NCBI GenBank assembly: GCA_964609575.1
Contig: CAZSST010000001.1
Span: 1,391 to 65,390 of the forward strand
Source: an uncultured Candidatus Cloacimonas sp.
GTDB lineage: Bacteria; Cloacimonadota; Cloacimonadia; Cloacimonadales; Cloacimonadaceae
DNA length: 64,000 nt
Direction of reading: 5' to 3'
Below, in pieces: positions 39,512 through 50,456 of this stretch. A program made the translations under genes and the position numbers. Within the stretch, counting starts at the first letter, position 1. The number at the start of each line of letters is the position of its first letter. Below the pieces are notes generated by a model. The model did no database searches, had not been told where the DNA came from, and saw only the letters and a program-made list of their open reading frames with translations.

Positions 39512-40470
39512 CACCCATGGTCACTGAGATTGATCTTGCGAGATTTAAAGCCATAACCCAGAACATCATACACATCGGTGAGGATCATAAAGGCGTCGGG
39601 ATCGATCTCTTTTACGATATCGGTAAGCTGAGGAACCTGCCGACGGTTCAGCACTACCCACAGCACGCGGATGTCCCTTTGGTTAAAGCCGCTCATACCA
39701 TTGAGGTAGGTAACGCCCCGATCCAGTTTCTCAAAGATTTCACCGCGGATTTCATCCACTTCATCCGAAATAATATACGCACCTTTAATGTAGGGGAGAC
39801 CTTCGCTGGCAAGGTCGGTAATTTTGGTGGTAATAAAAAGATTTATGTAGCCCCAGATGAGGAGTTTGGGATCGCGAAGCACCAAGGCTACAAGCAGGAT
39901 AATTCCTGTTTCCACAATGTAATAGCCCATGCCGATGGAGATATTGGCTTTTTGTTTGATGAGAGCCACAGGGATGTCGGTGCCGCCAGTGGAACCTCTG
40001 AAACGGAAGATAAGCCCCAAGCCCAATCCCAGTAAAACACTTCCGGCCACAGCACTAAGCAGCATATCCTGGGGGCCCAGCATGGCATAAACGGTGTGCC
40101 CATCATAGAAATAGGTATATGGAGTGAGGTCGGGAATAAATCCCACTTTATGCAACACGGGAAAGCTGAGCAGATCGGTCATGGAAGCGCTTACCAGCAT
40201 GCCGTAGAGGCTTTTGCTTCCGAATGATCTGCCGATAAAGACAAAGCTGATAATGAAAAGGGGGATATTGATGAGGATCATGGACACACCATTGGGGATG
40301 CCCATTAGCAGTTTGATGATCTGGGATAAACCGCCCACTCCACCCGGAGCCATATTATAAGGCAGCAAAAACCATGAATAACCCATGGCAAAAAACACTG
40401 AGGCGAAGATTATTCCGCCGAAATGAACAAGTTCTCTTTTTATCCTTTGGCTTCTGGACATGTTTCTCAC
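39511..40470 (-). CDS. YitT family membrane protein
   Basis: APGGVGG, INIPLF, GSTGGTD, RGVT, IDPDAF...V.GYGF; start is GTG at 40470 or ATG at 40461. Confidence 0.92.
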   Translation of the reverse strand: MRNMSRSQRIKRELVHFGGIIFASVFFAMGYSWFLLPYNMAPGGVGGLSQIIKLLMGIPNGVSMILINIPLFIISFVFIGRSFGSKSLYGMLVSASMTDLLSFPVLHKVGFIPDLTPYTYFYDGHTVYAMLGPQDMLLSAVAGSVLLGLGLGLIFRFRGSTGGTDIPVALIKQKANISIGMGYYIVETGIILLVALVLRDPKLLIWGYINLFITTKITDLASEGLPYIKGAYIISDEVDEIRGEIFEKLDRGVTYLNGMSGFNQRDIRVLWVVLNRRQVPQLTDIVKEIDPDAFMILTDVYDVLGYGFKSRKINLSDHG

Positions 40471-40547
40471 TTTCGTAACTCCTATTGCTTGACGAAAATC
40501 ACCGTTCTTTTTTCCTGACAATCTGAAAAAAATGCAAGGACAATCTT

Positions 40548-42209
40548 ATGATCATAGATATCAGGCTTAATGGCGCAAAACACAGTTTGATCGAGTTGGA
40601 GAAAGCACAATCGATCCGCAAGATCATCAAAGGCACCGATATAGACCGGGACAAGGTATTGAGCTATAAAATAAATCATCGCGAATATGTCAATGAAGAT
40701 TATACCCCGGAAGCGGATACTCTGGTAAATTGCATCACGATCCTGCACCCCGAAGGAAGCAGGATTTTCCAGGATTCGGCGATCTTCATCATGGGCAAGG
40801 CGATTTATAATATGCTGGGAAATGAACACGCCATGGTGGTGGAACATTCCATCGGCGACGGGGTGTATTGCGAAGTATTCAATACCGAGCGCTTCACAGA
40901 GCAGGATTGCTCCCGGCTAAAACAGGAAATGCTGCAAATCGTGGAAAGCGACCTGCCCATCGACAGAATAGAGGTGAAAACCGATGAAGCGATAGATATC
41001 TTCAGCTCCATGGGACGCAAGGATGTGGTGAAAAACCTGAAGTATAACTACCAGGAATCGGTGTTTATCTATCGCTGTGGGAAATATTACGATCGCTATA
41101 TCCGCACCTTGGCCGATAGTACCAGCATGATAAAGAATTTTGATATCCTTTATCAAGCTCCGGGCTTTATATTACGGTTCCCATCTGATGACAGCGGAGA
41201 GCCCTTAAAGCCATTTACTTTATCACGTAATGTATTTGGACTTCATCAGGAACATGATAAATGGCTGGATATCTTACGCGTGCACAACATCATGGATATC
41301 AATAAGCTTACCGATAATTATGAGATATCGCAGTTTATACTGGTGGAGGAAGCGCTGCACGAAAAAAAGATCGCGGAGATTGCAGCAGATATTGTTACCC
41401 ATAAGGACGTACGGTTGATTCTGATTGCCGGGCCTTCCTCTTCGGGCAAAACCACATTTGCCAAGCGGCTTAGTGTGCAACTGCAGGCCTGCAAAATGAA
41501 GCCTATCGTGATTGGGATGGATGATTATTTTATCAATCGGGATAAAACGGCGCGTAAACCCAACGGGGATTATGATTTTGAATCGATTTATGCCATGGAT
41601 CTGGAATATCTGAATATGCAGCTTAATCAGTTGCTGGATGGAGAACAGGTGGAGCTTCCCCAATACGATTTCTCGCGGGGACTTCGCAGACGCAGCAATA
41701 CCTATGTGAAGCTGGGCAAGGATAGCATTATTGTGATGGAAGGGATTCATGGCCTTAATGACACGCTTACCTCGGAAGTTCCTGCCAATCGCAAGGTGCG
41801 CGTGTATATCTCTGCCTTAAATCAGCTTAATGTGGATAATCACAATCGTATTCCCACCACCGATTGCCGCTTGCTACGTCGCATTATCCGCGATCACCAG
41901 TATCGGGGATATAGTGCGGAAGAAACTCTCAGCCGCTGGAAAGATGTTCGCGAAGGTGAGGAAAAGAATATCTTTCCATTTCAGGAAAATGCCGATTATA
42001 TGTTCAATAGCAGTCTTACCTACGAACTGGGAGTGCTACGCAAGCATGCCTGGAAACTGCTGCACAACGTGTCGCCCGTTACTCCATCCTATATGGAAGC
42101 CCAGCGTTTGATCCATCTGCTTTCGCATGTGAAGGACATTTCGGATTCGCTGGTGCCCTATAATTCCATCATTCGCGAATTCACTAATGGAAGCATCTTT
42201 CGCTATTAA
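40548..42209 (+). CDS. Nucleoside (uridine) kinase with N-terminal TGS/ThrRS-editing-like region
   Basis: AGPSSSGKTT P-loop, MDDYF, EGIHGLN, RLLRRIIRD, FNSSL.YEL; N-terminal region resembles ThrRS N-domains. Confidence 0.85.
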   Translation: MIIDIRLNGAKHSLIELEKAQSIRKIIKGTDIDRDKVLSYKINHREYVNEDYTPEADTLVNCITILHPEGSRIFQDSAIFIMGKAIYNMLGNEHAMVVEHSIGDGVYCEVFNTERFTEQDCSRLKQEMLQIVESDLPIDRIEVKTDEAIDIFSSMGRKDVVKNLKYNYQESVFIYRCGKYYDRYIRTLADSTSMIKNFDILYQAPGFILRFPSDDSGEPLKPFTLSRNVFGLHQEHDKWLDILRVHNIMDINKLTDNYEISQFILVEEALHEKKIAEIAADIVTHKDVRLILIAGPSSSGKTTFAKRLSVQLQACKMKPIVIGMDDYFINRDKTARKPNGDYDFESIYAMDLEYLNMQLNQLLDGEQVELPQYDFSRGLRRRSNTYVKLGKDSIIVMEGIHGLNDTLTSEVPANRKVRVYISALNQLNVDNHNRIPTTDCRLLRRIIRDHQYRGYSAEETLSRWKDVREGEEKNIFPFQENADYMFNSSLTYELGVLRKHAWKLLHNVSPVTPSYMEAQRLIHLLSHVKDISDSLVPYNSIIREFTNGSIFRY

Positions 42210-42212
42210 ATT

Positions 42213-44102
42213 ATGAAAATCATCAATATCCTGGCGGAGGATGTCCGCAATAAAATCGCTGCCGGTGAGGTTATAGAACGTCCGGCATCCGTTGTAAAAG
42301 AACTGGTGGAAAATGCCCTCGATGCAGGGGCCACGGCTATAACAGTGGTAATTGAAAATGGTGGTAAAGACCTTATTCGAGTGATTGATAATGGCCGGGG
42401 GATGAGCAAAGACGATGCGCTGCTGGCTTTTGAGCGCCATGCCACCAGCAAAATCAAAACTGTGGAGGACATTATTCACATTGCCTCTCTGGGTTTCAGA
42501 GGGGAGGCTTTGCCCTCGATCGCCTCGGTTTCCAGCTTGAATATGATCACCCGCAGCGCTGAAGATGAGATGGCCAGCACTATTGAGATCAATTCCGGCA
42601 GGCTAATGAACGTAAGCTTCACTTCGGCCAATACCGGAACGGCGATAACGGTGCGAGGTCTATTTAAATCGCTGCCAGCCCGCAGGAAATTCCTGCGCAC
42701 GGCCAATGTGGAAGCTCGCTATATTCTTAAATACATACACTATCAGGCATTGGTATATCCCGGAGTTAGTTTCAAACTGGTGATGGATGGCCGCGAAAAA
42801 TTGAACTACATTGCCACCGACAACTTGCAGCAGCGCATGACGGAAATCTTTGGCAGTTCATTCTTTAGCAATGACATCATCCAGGTGGAAGGTAGCCAGA
42901 GTGATTACCATGTGTCCGGCTACATCTTTGGGCTGGAAGAGCATGCGGATAATCTTATCGACGCGCAGTACGTATTCATAAATGGCCGTTTTATAAATGA
43001 TAAAACGGTGAAGCACAGTATTAAAACGGCGTATGAACCCTTTATCCTGAAATCACGGGTGTGGCAGAAAGGCAGCACTCCGCCCTACATAATCTTTCTG
43101 CACATTCCTCCGGAACAGATCGACGTAAATGTACATCCCGCCAAGATGGAAGTACGTTTTCGAGAAAACAATGTGGTGCATGGCCTGATTCTGGAAACCC
43201 TGAGACGGGCTTTAAAAAGGTATGAAGAAGATATATTTGCCTCTGCGCGGCTGAAGTTTCAAGCCTTCAGTCCTCCTCAACCCGCTACTCCTCTGGAACG
43301 GGATATCTTTATAAAAAGCGTGGAAGTTCCCCGCTATTCTGAGTATAAAAAGGAATTCGGCAATCTGTATCAGGACGATCTGTTTAGAAATGAACCGGAA
43401 AAAGCTCCCCAAGCTGTGCCAATCTTTAATGCTGCCAAGGAAGATAGCGAGCAGGAAGAGATTTTTACTGATCAGCCCAATGATCAGGTTGCTATTCCCC
43501 TGCTTTTGAAAAACGAAGAGGATTACATCAATCCCTGGCAGCTTCACAATACCTATATCTTTATCCAGGTGGAAGATGGCTTGGTGATCATCGATCAACA
43601 TGCGGCGCATGAACGCATTATCTATGAAAAGCTTATTCATCGCACCGGGGGTGCTCCCGCTGTGAGGCAAAAGCTTATTGTACCTATTGTTATTGATATC
43701 CCTCCCTATATTGCTGCGGAGATTAAAGAGCTCATCGAAAGCAATTTGGAACTATTGGAGAAGATAGGATTTGTGCTGAAACAGTTTAGCGGTGATACTC
43801 TGGTAATTGACGAAATACCTGCGGAAGTAGGAGATTTTCAAGGTGGGCAGATCTTTATCGATATTCTGAAGCATCTGGAACATGAATTGGGAATCAATAG
43901 CGATTTCCGGGACAGCCTGGCCAAATCCATTGCCTGCAAAGCTGCAATTAAAGCCAATCACAAGCTATCGCGACGGGAAATGCTAACCCTCATCAATGAT
44001 CTCTTTGCCTGCCGGGTACCCTATTTTTGCCCGCACGGCAGGCCATTGATCATCAAAATGCCCCTGTCTGACTTCGAAAAGAAATTCAAACGCACTCTAT
44101 GA
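42213..44102 (+). CDS. mutL: DNA mismatch repair endonuclease MutL
   Basis: IAAGEVIERPASVVKELVEN, GFRGEAL, DQHAAHERIIYE, ACK, CPHGRP. Confidence 0.98.
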   Translation: MKIINILAEDVRNKIAAGEVIERPASVVKELVENALDAGATAITVVIENGGKDLIRVIDNGRGMSKDDALLAFERHATSKIKTVEDIIHIASLGFRGEALPSIASVSSLNMITRSAEDEMASTIEINSGRLMNVSFTSANTGTAITVRGLFKSLPARRKFLRTANVEARYILKYIHYQALVYPGVSFKLVMDGREKLNYIATDNLQQRMTEIFGSSFFSNDIIQVEGSQSDYHVSGYIFGLEEHADNLIDAQYVFINGRFINDKTVKHSIKTAYEPFILKSRVWQKGSTPPYIIFLHIPPEQIDVNVHPAKMEVRFRENNVVHGLILETLRRALKRYEEDIFASARLKFQAFSPPQPATPLERDIFIKSVEVPRYSEYKKEFGNLYQDDLFRNEPEKAPQAVPIFNAAKEDSEQEEIFTDQPNDQVAIPLLLKNEEDYINPWQLHNTYIFIQVEDGLVIIDQHAAHERIIYEKLIHRTGGAPAVRQKLIVPIVIDIPPYIAAEIKELIESNLELLEKIGFVLKQFSGDTLVIDEIPAEVGDFQGGQIFIDILKHLEHELGINSDFRDSLAKSIACKAAIKANHKLSRREMLTLINDLFACRVPYFCPHGRPLIIKMPLSDFEKKFKRTL

Positions 44103-45037
44103 TCCCGCTTATTACCATAGAAGGGGCTACCGCTACCGGAAAATCTGCCTTTGCCATTGAACTGGCAGAAATGCTAAAAACAGAAATCATCTCTGCGGAT
44201 TCGCGGCAGGTATATCGGTATATGGATATCGGAACGGCCAAGGTAACATCCCAGGAAAGGGAGCGCATCCCGCACCACCTTATAGATATCATCGATCCCA
44301 GTGAATCCTATAATGCGGGACTATTCTGCACTGAGGCAAGGGCAAAAATATCGGAACTGAGGACAAAAGGTATGCTTCCCATCATTTGTGGGGGAACGGG
44401 ATTATACATACGAAGTTTATTACAGGGGCTATGCGAATTGCCGGTGATTACCCCGGACATAAGATCAGCTTTGGAAGCACGACTTCAAATAGAAGGACTA
44501 ACGGAATTGTATCATGAGCTTGTGATGATTGATCCACAGGCTGCGGCAAAGATCAGTAGTAATGATCCGCAACGAACGCTTCGCGCTTTGGAAGTATATC
44601 AGGCCACGGGGAAGCCCATATCCCTGCATTGGGAAAAGCAATCGCGCCAAACTTCCTATATAGCATTCCGCATTTTGATAGAATTGCCACGCGAACAGCT
44701 TTATGAAAGAATAAACAGCAGGATAACCATGATGCTGGAAGCAGGGCTGCTTGATGAAATCCGCGGTCTGATAGCCAGGGGATATACCAAGGATGATGCT
44801 GGGCTTAAATGTATGGGTTATAAGGAGTTTATCCCATATATACATGGTATATGCACCTTGCCGGATGCCGAAGCTTTGGCTGCTCAGCATCAGCGAAATT
44901 TAGCAAAAAGACAGATGACCTGGTATCGAAAATGCTCTTTTGATTTGACATTGGATGCTCGAAGCATTAGTTTATCTGGTGTTAATACTATGATAAAGGA
45001 CTTTTTGATTGAGGCGGATGATGCAGATAATAGCTAA
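44099..45037 (+). CDS. miaA: tRNA dimethylallyltransferase
   Basis: GATATGKS, SADSRQVY..MDIGTAK, GGTGLY, AKRQMTW. Confidence 0.97.
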   Translation: MIPLITIEGATATGKSAFAIELAEMLKTEIISADSRQVYRYMDIGTAKVTSQERERIPHHLIDIIDPSESYNAGLFCTEARAKISELRTKGMLPIICGGTGLYIRSLLQGLCELPVITPDIRSALEARLQIEGLTELYHELVMIDPQAAAKISSNDPQRTLRALEVYQATGKPISLHWEKQSRQTSYIAFRILIELPREQLYERINSRITMMLEAGLLDEIRGLIARGYTKDDAGLKCMGYKEFIPYIHGICTLPDAEALAAQHQRNLAKRQMTWYRKCSFDLTLDARSISLSGVNTMIKDFLIEADDADNS

Positions 45038-45869
45038 AGTATTAGAATTTGAGATCAGGCAAAGCGATATCGATCGGGAATGCGCAAAGCTAAAAGAAGA
45101 TGATCCTCTGCGGGTTAGCTCTTTGGCCTTGCAGCATTTAATTGACCGGTGCCTACTCCTCAGCAAAGCGCAGCAGTGCGGCATCGAAATATCAGATAGC
45201 GAATACGATAGCGCTATTATGGAACTGATCGAAAGGGAAGAAACCTTCGGACTGAGCAGCTCCGAAATTCAGGCTTTATCCGCGGACGAAATAGAAAGAA
45301 TGCTGCGTAGGCATCTGATCATCAAGAAGTACGTTCAAACCCTTTATCCGGATGAACTTCCCCGAAGTTCGGAACGTTTACGCGAGCTTTATCATGATAA
45401 ACCTGAAATCTTCAGCAGCCCCGAGAAAGTTCGCCTGTCGCACATCCTTTTTAAAGGTCATGACCAAGAGACAGAGAGTAAAGCCCAGAAGATAAGGGCT
45501 TCGATACAGAATCCCCAAGATTTCATCAGATACAGCCGCGATTGCTCCGACTGCCCCAGTAATGCTTCCGGGGGTGACTTGGGCTGGATTAGCAAAGGAA
45601 AGCTTACTGAAGAGATGGATAGAGTGGCTTTTAGCCTGAAAGTGAATGAAATCAGTCCCGTGTTTATGTCACCTTTTGGCTATCATATACTCATGCTAAC
45701 CGGCCGTAAGCCTGCTCAGCAAATACCATTTACCGAAATCGCCAATAGCCTGCATGCCAGAGTGGTACAAATGGAAAGGGAGTACATCCTTTCCAAGCAT
45801 GTATCGGAATTACGCCGCGAATTTGCCTCTCAGATAAGTATTCATCCAGACTATTCGCAGCAGGGCTGA
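45018..45869 (+). CDS. Parvulin-type peptidylprolyl isomerase with SurA-like N-terminal helices, no signal peptide
   Basis: SHILFK, SDCPS...GGDLG, SPFGYHIL. Confidence 0.88.
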   Translation: MMQIIAKVLEFEIRQSDIDRECAKLKEDDPLRVSSLALQHLIDRCLLLSKAQQCGIEISDSEYDSAIMELIEREETFGLSSSEIQALSADEIERMLRRHLIIKKYVQTLYPDELPRSSERLRELYHDKPEIFSSPEKVRLSHILFKGHDQETESKAQKIRASIQNPQDFIRYSRDCSDCPSNASGGDLGWISKGKLTEEMDRVAFSLKVNEISPVFMSPFGYHILMLTGRKPAQQIPFTEIANSLHARVVQMEREYILSKHVSELRREFASQISIHPDYSQQG

Positions 45870-45939
45870 AAGCATCTGGATAATACTACCCATTAATGAA
45901 TAAGAATAGCACAATCCAAACATAATAAGGACAAATACT

Positions 45940-46884
45940 ATGAACCGTTATGATGTTATAATAATCGGTGCAGGGCCTGCGGGTCTCAGTGCCGCCATTT
46001 ACAGTGCCCGTGGGGGTCTTAAAACCGGTATCTTTGAAAAAGCCCTGATTGGGGGTCAGATAAATGTAACCGATGAAGTGGAAAACTATCCAGGCTTTGA
46101 AGAATCGCTTTCTGGATTTGAACTTACCGAAAAAATGCATAAACAGGCTGAGCGCTTCGGAGCACATTTCATTGATGAAGAAGTGAGTGCCATCGGGCTG
46201 GAAGGCCTGTGTAAAGTGATTCAAGCCGGGGATAAAACCTACCGTGCCAAATCCGTGATTGTTTGCACCGGGGCTCATCCTCGCCGCCTCAACGTACCTG
46301 GGGAAGAGCCTTTTACCGGACGCGGAGTTTCCTATTGCGCCACATGCGACGGAGCGCTGTATCGGGATAAAGTGGTGGCAGTTGTAGGTGGAGGAGATTC
46401 TGCTGTGGAAGAGGGTTTGTTCCTTACGCGTTTTGCTAAGAAGGTGTATGTAATTCATCGTCGGGACGAGCTTAGAGCCCAGAAGATTATTCAGGAACGT
46501 GCCTTTAATAATCCCAAGATGGAATTCATTTGGAACACGGTAATCCAGGAAATCCATGGGGATGCAGTGGTTAATGAACTGGAGCTGTTCAATCGTGAAA
46601 CCAAGCAGATAAGTATGTTGCCTGTTAATGGCATCTTCATCTATGTAGGCATACTTCCCAATAATGAACTTCTGGAATCGCGCTTGAATCTGGACCCTGC
46701 AGGATTTGTGCTTACCGATGAGCACATGCATACCAATGTTCCTGGCATTTATGCTGCGGGAGATATCCGCCATACGGTACTAAGACAAGTAGTTACTGCT
46801 ACCAGCGATGGAGCCATTGCTGCCTGGAGTGCTGAGAAATGGATCATAGAAAATTATGACCATCTGGAGATGGAACCAAGATGA
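45940..46884 (+). CDS. trxB: Thioredoxin-disulfide reductase
   Basis: GAGPAG, VENYPGF, GVSYCATCDG, GGGDSA, HRRD, AAGD. Confidence 0.97.
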   Translation: MNRYDVIIIGAGPAGLSAAIYSARGGLKTGIFEKALIGGQINVTDEVENYPGFEESLSGFELTEKMHKQAERFGAHFIDEEVSAIGLEGLCKVIQAGDKTYRAKSVIVCTGAHPRRLNVPGEEPFTGRGVSYCATCDGALYRDKVVAVVGGGDSAVEEGLFLTRFAKKVYVIHRRDELRAQKIIQERAFNNPKMEFIWNTVIQEIHGDAVVNELELFNRETKQISMLPVNGIFIYVGILPNNELLESRLNLDPAGFVLTDEHMHTNVPGIYAAGDIRHTVLRQVVTATSDGAIAAWSAEKWIIENYDHLEMEPR

Positions 46885-49487
46885 GCAAACCTTTCAGCCA
46901 GCAGATCAGAGCACAATTCATCAGTTTTTTCGAAGGAAAGGGGCATAATTTTGTTCCCTCCTCTCCAGTAATTCCCAATGACGATCCCACCCTGCTTTTT
47001 GCCAATGCGGGAATGAATCAATTCAAAAGCATATTTTTGGGGAATAAAGAGATAAGCATCCCCAGAGCAGTAAATAGCCAGAAATGCATCCGTGCTGGTG
47101 GCAAGCACAATGACCTTGAGGAAGTGGGGAAAGATGGCTATCATCACACCTTTTTCGAAATGCTGGGCAATTGGAGTTTTGGTGATTATTACAAGCCCGA
47201 AGCTATTACCTGGGCTTGGGAATTGCTAACCGATGTATGGAAGTTGCCCAAGGACAAACTTTATGCCACCGTACATGATTCCGATCAGGAAGCTTATGAG
47301 CTGTGGAAAAAAGTTACAGACATAAATCCCGAGCATATCAGCTTTCACGGCGACAAACACAATTTTTGGGAAATGGGGGAGACCGGTCCCTGCGGTCCTT
47401 GCTCTGAAATCCATTATGATCGTGGTTCTCAAGGCTGCGATAAAAAGCATGAAGAGGGACATGTTTGCCAGGTGAATGGCGATTGTGCCCGATACATAGA
47501 GCTGTGGAATCTGGTGTTTATTCAGTACAATCGCATGGACGACCGTAGCCTGGTTCCTTTGAAGCATAAGTTCGTGGATACCGGTGCCGGTTTGGAAAGA
47601 ATAACTCAAGTGCTGCAAGACGTTAGCAGTAATTACGAAACCGACCTCTTTATGCCGATCATAGAGAAAATCGCTTTACTCTCTCATAAGCCTTATGATC
47701 CCGAAACCGGCGTTTCGCACCGGGTTATTGCCGATCATCTGCGTTGTCTGTGTTTTGCCCTGGCCGATGGAGGTTTTCCCTCCAATGAAGGCAGGGGCTA
47801 CGTTATCCGCAGAATACTGCGCAGAGCTGCACGTCACGGCAGACTATTAGGCTTTGCAGAGCCTTTTTTATACTTATTGGTGGACAGCGTTGTGCAGGTA
47901 ATGGGCCATCATTATAAGGAACTGAATGGCAAGGAAGACTATCTGAAGATGGTAATCCGGGCAGAAGAGGAAAGGTTCAATCGTACTCTGGATACCGGTT
48001 TGGAACGTTTCAGCGACATCTGTGCCCGTAACGAAGGTAATTCCATCTCGGGATTCGATGCCTTCACACTCTATGATACCTACGGTTTTCCTTTAGATCT
48101 CACGCAGATTCTGGCTGAAGAAAAAGGTCTGCAGGTGGATGTAACTGGGTTTATGGCCGAAATGGAAGTACAGAAGCAACGAGCCCGCAACGCCAGCAAG
48201 TTTGGCATGGAGCATAGCGACAGTATCTGGATCGAACTAAATCACCCTCAAGCAACGCAATTCGTAGGTTATAACCAGTATCAAACCGATGCAGCCATTA
48301 TCCGCTATAGTATTAGTAACGACGGCAAAGTACTATTGCAGCTTTCCCAAACTCCCTTTTACGCCGAATCGGGAGGACAGGTTGCCGATACCGGAATCAT
48401 CTATAACGATGAACTGGAGCTTCAAGTTTACGACGTTCAGAAACAGGACGACAATGTTATTCACTTTGCCAATATTACACGTGGCAGCATCAATGCCAAA
48501 CCGGTGCGAGCAGAAATTGCTTATGAAAGACGCAAGGACATCGCCCGCAATCATACCGCCACTCACATTCTGCATCGCTGTCTGAAAGAAGTTCTGGGAG
48601 ATCATGTAGTGCAAAAAGGTTCATTGGTTCATCCCGATTACTTCCGTTTCGATTTTGCCCATTACCAGGCCGTAAAGCCTGAAGAGAAAAGGCTTATTGA
48701 GAATAAAGTAAATGAGGTGATTCTGCAAAACCGACCCCTCAATATAAAAATTCAGGATCTGGAAAGCGCAAAGCAGGAAGGAGCCATGGCCCTTTTCGGT
48801 GAAAAGTACGCTGAACAGGTGCGGGTGGTGAGCATCCAAGACTTTTCCAAAGAGCTTTGCGGCGGCACGCATGCCAATTCCACCGGCGAATTAGGCTTGT
48901 TTAAGATACTCACGGAAAGCTCTTCTGCTGCGGGAATCCGGCGCATTGAAGGGATTACCGGCAGGGCAGCTTACCTTTGGGTAAATAGCCTTCAAGATAC
49001 TTTGGAGCGTGTGGCCAGGCATCTGCACAGCCCTGTACAGGCCGTGGAAACCAAGTTGGAAGCCCTGCTGGACAGCACTACCAACCTGGAAAGCGAACTG
49101 CGGGATCTTCATAATAAGGCTAATGCCGCCATGGCAGAGCAGTTATTGTCCTCTCCGCTAGCTTGGGAAGATGTTTTTCTGGTTGTTAAACAAACTGAGA
49201 TAAAGAACCAGGACGACCTTAAACAATTGATGGACAGCCTGAAAACCAGGGCCGTAAACACTATTATCGTGCTGTTTAACCTCTTTGATGATAAGCTAAA
49301 TATCATTACTGTTGTTAGTTCAGACCTGCTTAAGCGCTTTCATGCCGGAAAGATAGTTTCCCGGATCGCGGCAGAAATGGATGGAAAGGGCGGAGGACGT
49401 CCCGATGCTGCGATGGCCGGAGGAAAAGACGTATCCAAGCTTCCGGAAGTGATAAAAGCAGTACCGGAGCTAGTAAAGCAAGCTTAA
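46881..49487 (+). CDS. alaS: Alanine--tRNA ligase
   Basis: ANAGMNQFK, HHTFFEMLGNWSFGDY, HTATH, ELCGGTH, GGGRPD. Confidence 0.98.
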   Translation: MSKPFSQQIRAQFISFFEGKGHNFVPSSPVIPNDDPTLLFANAGMNQFKSIFLGNKEISIPRAVNSQKCIRAGGKHNDLEEVGKDGYHHTFFEMLGNWSFGDYYKPEAITWAWELLTDVWKLPKDKLYATVHDSDQEAYELWKKVTDINPEHISFHGDKHNFWEMGETGPCGPCSEIHYDRGSQGCDKKHEEGHVCQVNGDCARYIELWNLVFIQYNRMDDRSLVPLKHKFVDTGAGLERITQVLQDVSSNYETDLFMPIIEKIALLSHKPYDPETGVSHRVIADHLRCLCFALADGGFPSNEGRGYVIRRILRRAARHGRLLGFAEPFLYLLVDSVVQVMGHHYKELNGKEDYLKMVIRAEEERFNRTLDTGLERFSDICARNEGNSISGFDAFTLYDTYGFPLDLTQILAEEKGLQVDVTGFMAEMEVQKQRARNASKFGMEHSDSIWIELNHPQATQFVGYNQYQTDAAIIRYSISNDGKVLLQLSQTPFYAESGGQVADTGIIYNDELELQVYDVQKQDDNVIHFANITRGSINAKPVRAEIAYERRKDIARNHTATHILHRCLKEVLGDHVVQKGSLVHPDYFRFDFAHYQAVKPEEKRLIENKVNEVILQNRPLNIKIQDLESAKQEGAMALFGEKYAEQVRVVSIQDFSKELCGGTHANSTGELGLFKILTESSSAAGIRRIEGITGRAAYLWVNSLQDTLERVARHLHSPVQAVETKLEALLDSTTNLESELRDLHNKANAAMAEQLLSSPLAWEDVFLVVKQTEIKNQDDLKQLMDSLKTRAVNTIIVLFNLFDDKLNIITVVSSDLLKRFHAGKIVSRIAAEMDGKGGGRPDAAMAGGKDVSKLPEVIKAVPELVKQA

Positions 49488-50456
49488 ATGAAAATTCTCA
49501 TAATCAGGCTGAGTTCATTGGGAGACATCATCCTCACTCAGCCTGTTTGTGCTTTATTAAAAAAGGCTTATCCCCAGGCGGAGCTAACCTTTTTAACCAA
49601 AAAGCAATATGCCGCTCTGCCAGAAATGTTTGATCTCCCGGTTAATGTTCTTACTTACGAGAAAAGCCTGGGCTTTCATAAATACCTGCGCACCTGCAGG
49701 TATGATCTGGTTATTGATTTGCACGCGAAGTTTTCTTCCATTTTAGCCAGTTACTGCGTGCAGACTCTCAAGCGTGTAAGATATAGCAAACTCCATAAGG
49801 TCAGACAGCGAATCGTCCACGGAGATCGGAAGTTAACGATAGAAAGTACGGTGTCCCTATATGTATCTGCGCTTAAGAAACTTGGCCTTTCTACGCAGTG
49901 GCAATATCCTGCTCTAAAGGCACCAGATATGCCAAGTTTCAACTTAAGTAACGATACTACGTGTCAGATTGCCATTATTCCCGGAGCCACGCATTTTACC
50001 AAACGTTACCCTACGGAGCAGTGGAAAGAATTTATAAACGCCAATCCAGACTGGGAGTTTCATCTTTTTGGCAGCAGTGCTGATAGTGCAGTATGCGCAA
50101 GTATCATAAGCAAATCCCAGGTTAAGTGCAGTGATCACTCCGGGAAAATGTCCTTGAAAGAGCTATCTCAAGCCCTCGCCCAATGCGATCTTGTACTTAG
50201 TGGAGATACCGGTCCCATGCATCTGGCGGCAGCGCTTTCAAAACCACAAATCGCCATCTTTGGAGCAACGCACCCCCGTTTGGGTTTCCAACCCCTAAAT
50301 TCCAAAGCTAAAGTCCTTTGCGCAGATTTGCCCTGTCAGCCATGCCATTTGCATGGAAGTGATAAATGTCCCCTGGGACACTTCAAATGCATGAAAGAGA
50401 TTACCCCGCAAATGCTAGGTGACTTAGCCCGTTCAAGCATTACTATACGGGATTAG
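49488..50456 (+). CDS. Glycosyltransferase family 9 (LPS heptosyltransferase-like)
   Basis: IRLSSLGDI, GDTGPMHLAAA, FGAT, C-terminal CQPC...CP..HFKCM. Confidence 0.92.
   Translation: MKILIIRLSSLGDIILTQPVCALLKKAYPQAELTFLTKKQYAALPEMFDLPVNVLTYEKSLGFHKYLRTCRYDLVIDLHAKFSSILASYCVQTLKRVRYSKLHKVRQRIVHGDRKLTIESTVSLYVSALKKLGLSTQWQYPALKAPDMPSFNLSNDTTCQIAIIPGATHFTKRYPTEQWKEFINANPDWEFHLFGSSADSAVCASIISKSQVKCSDHSGKMSLKELSQALAQCDLVLSGDTGPMHLAAALSKPQIAIFGATHPRLGFQPLNSKAKVLCADLPCQPCHLHGSDKCPLGHFKCMKEITPQMLGDLARSSITIRD

Noticed and set aside
45886..46773. 295-aa minus-strand ORF
   Set aside because: Antisense shadow of trxB
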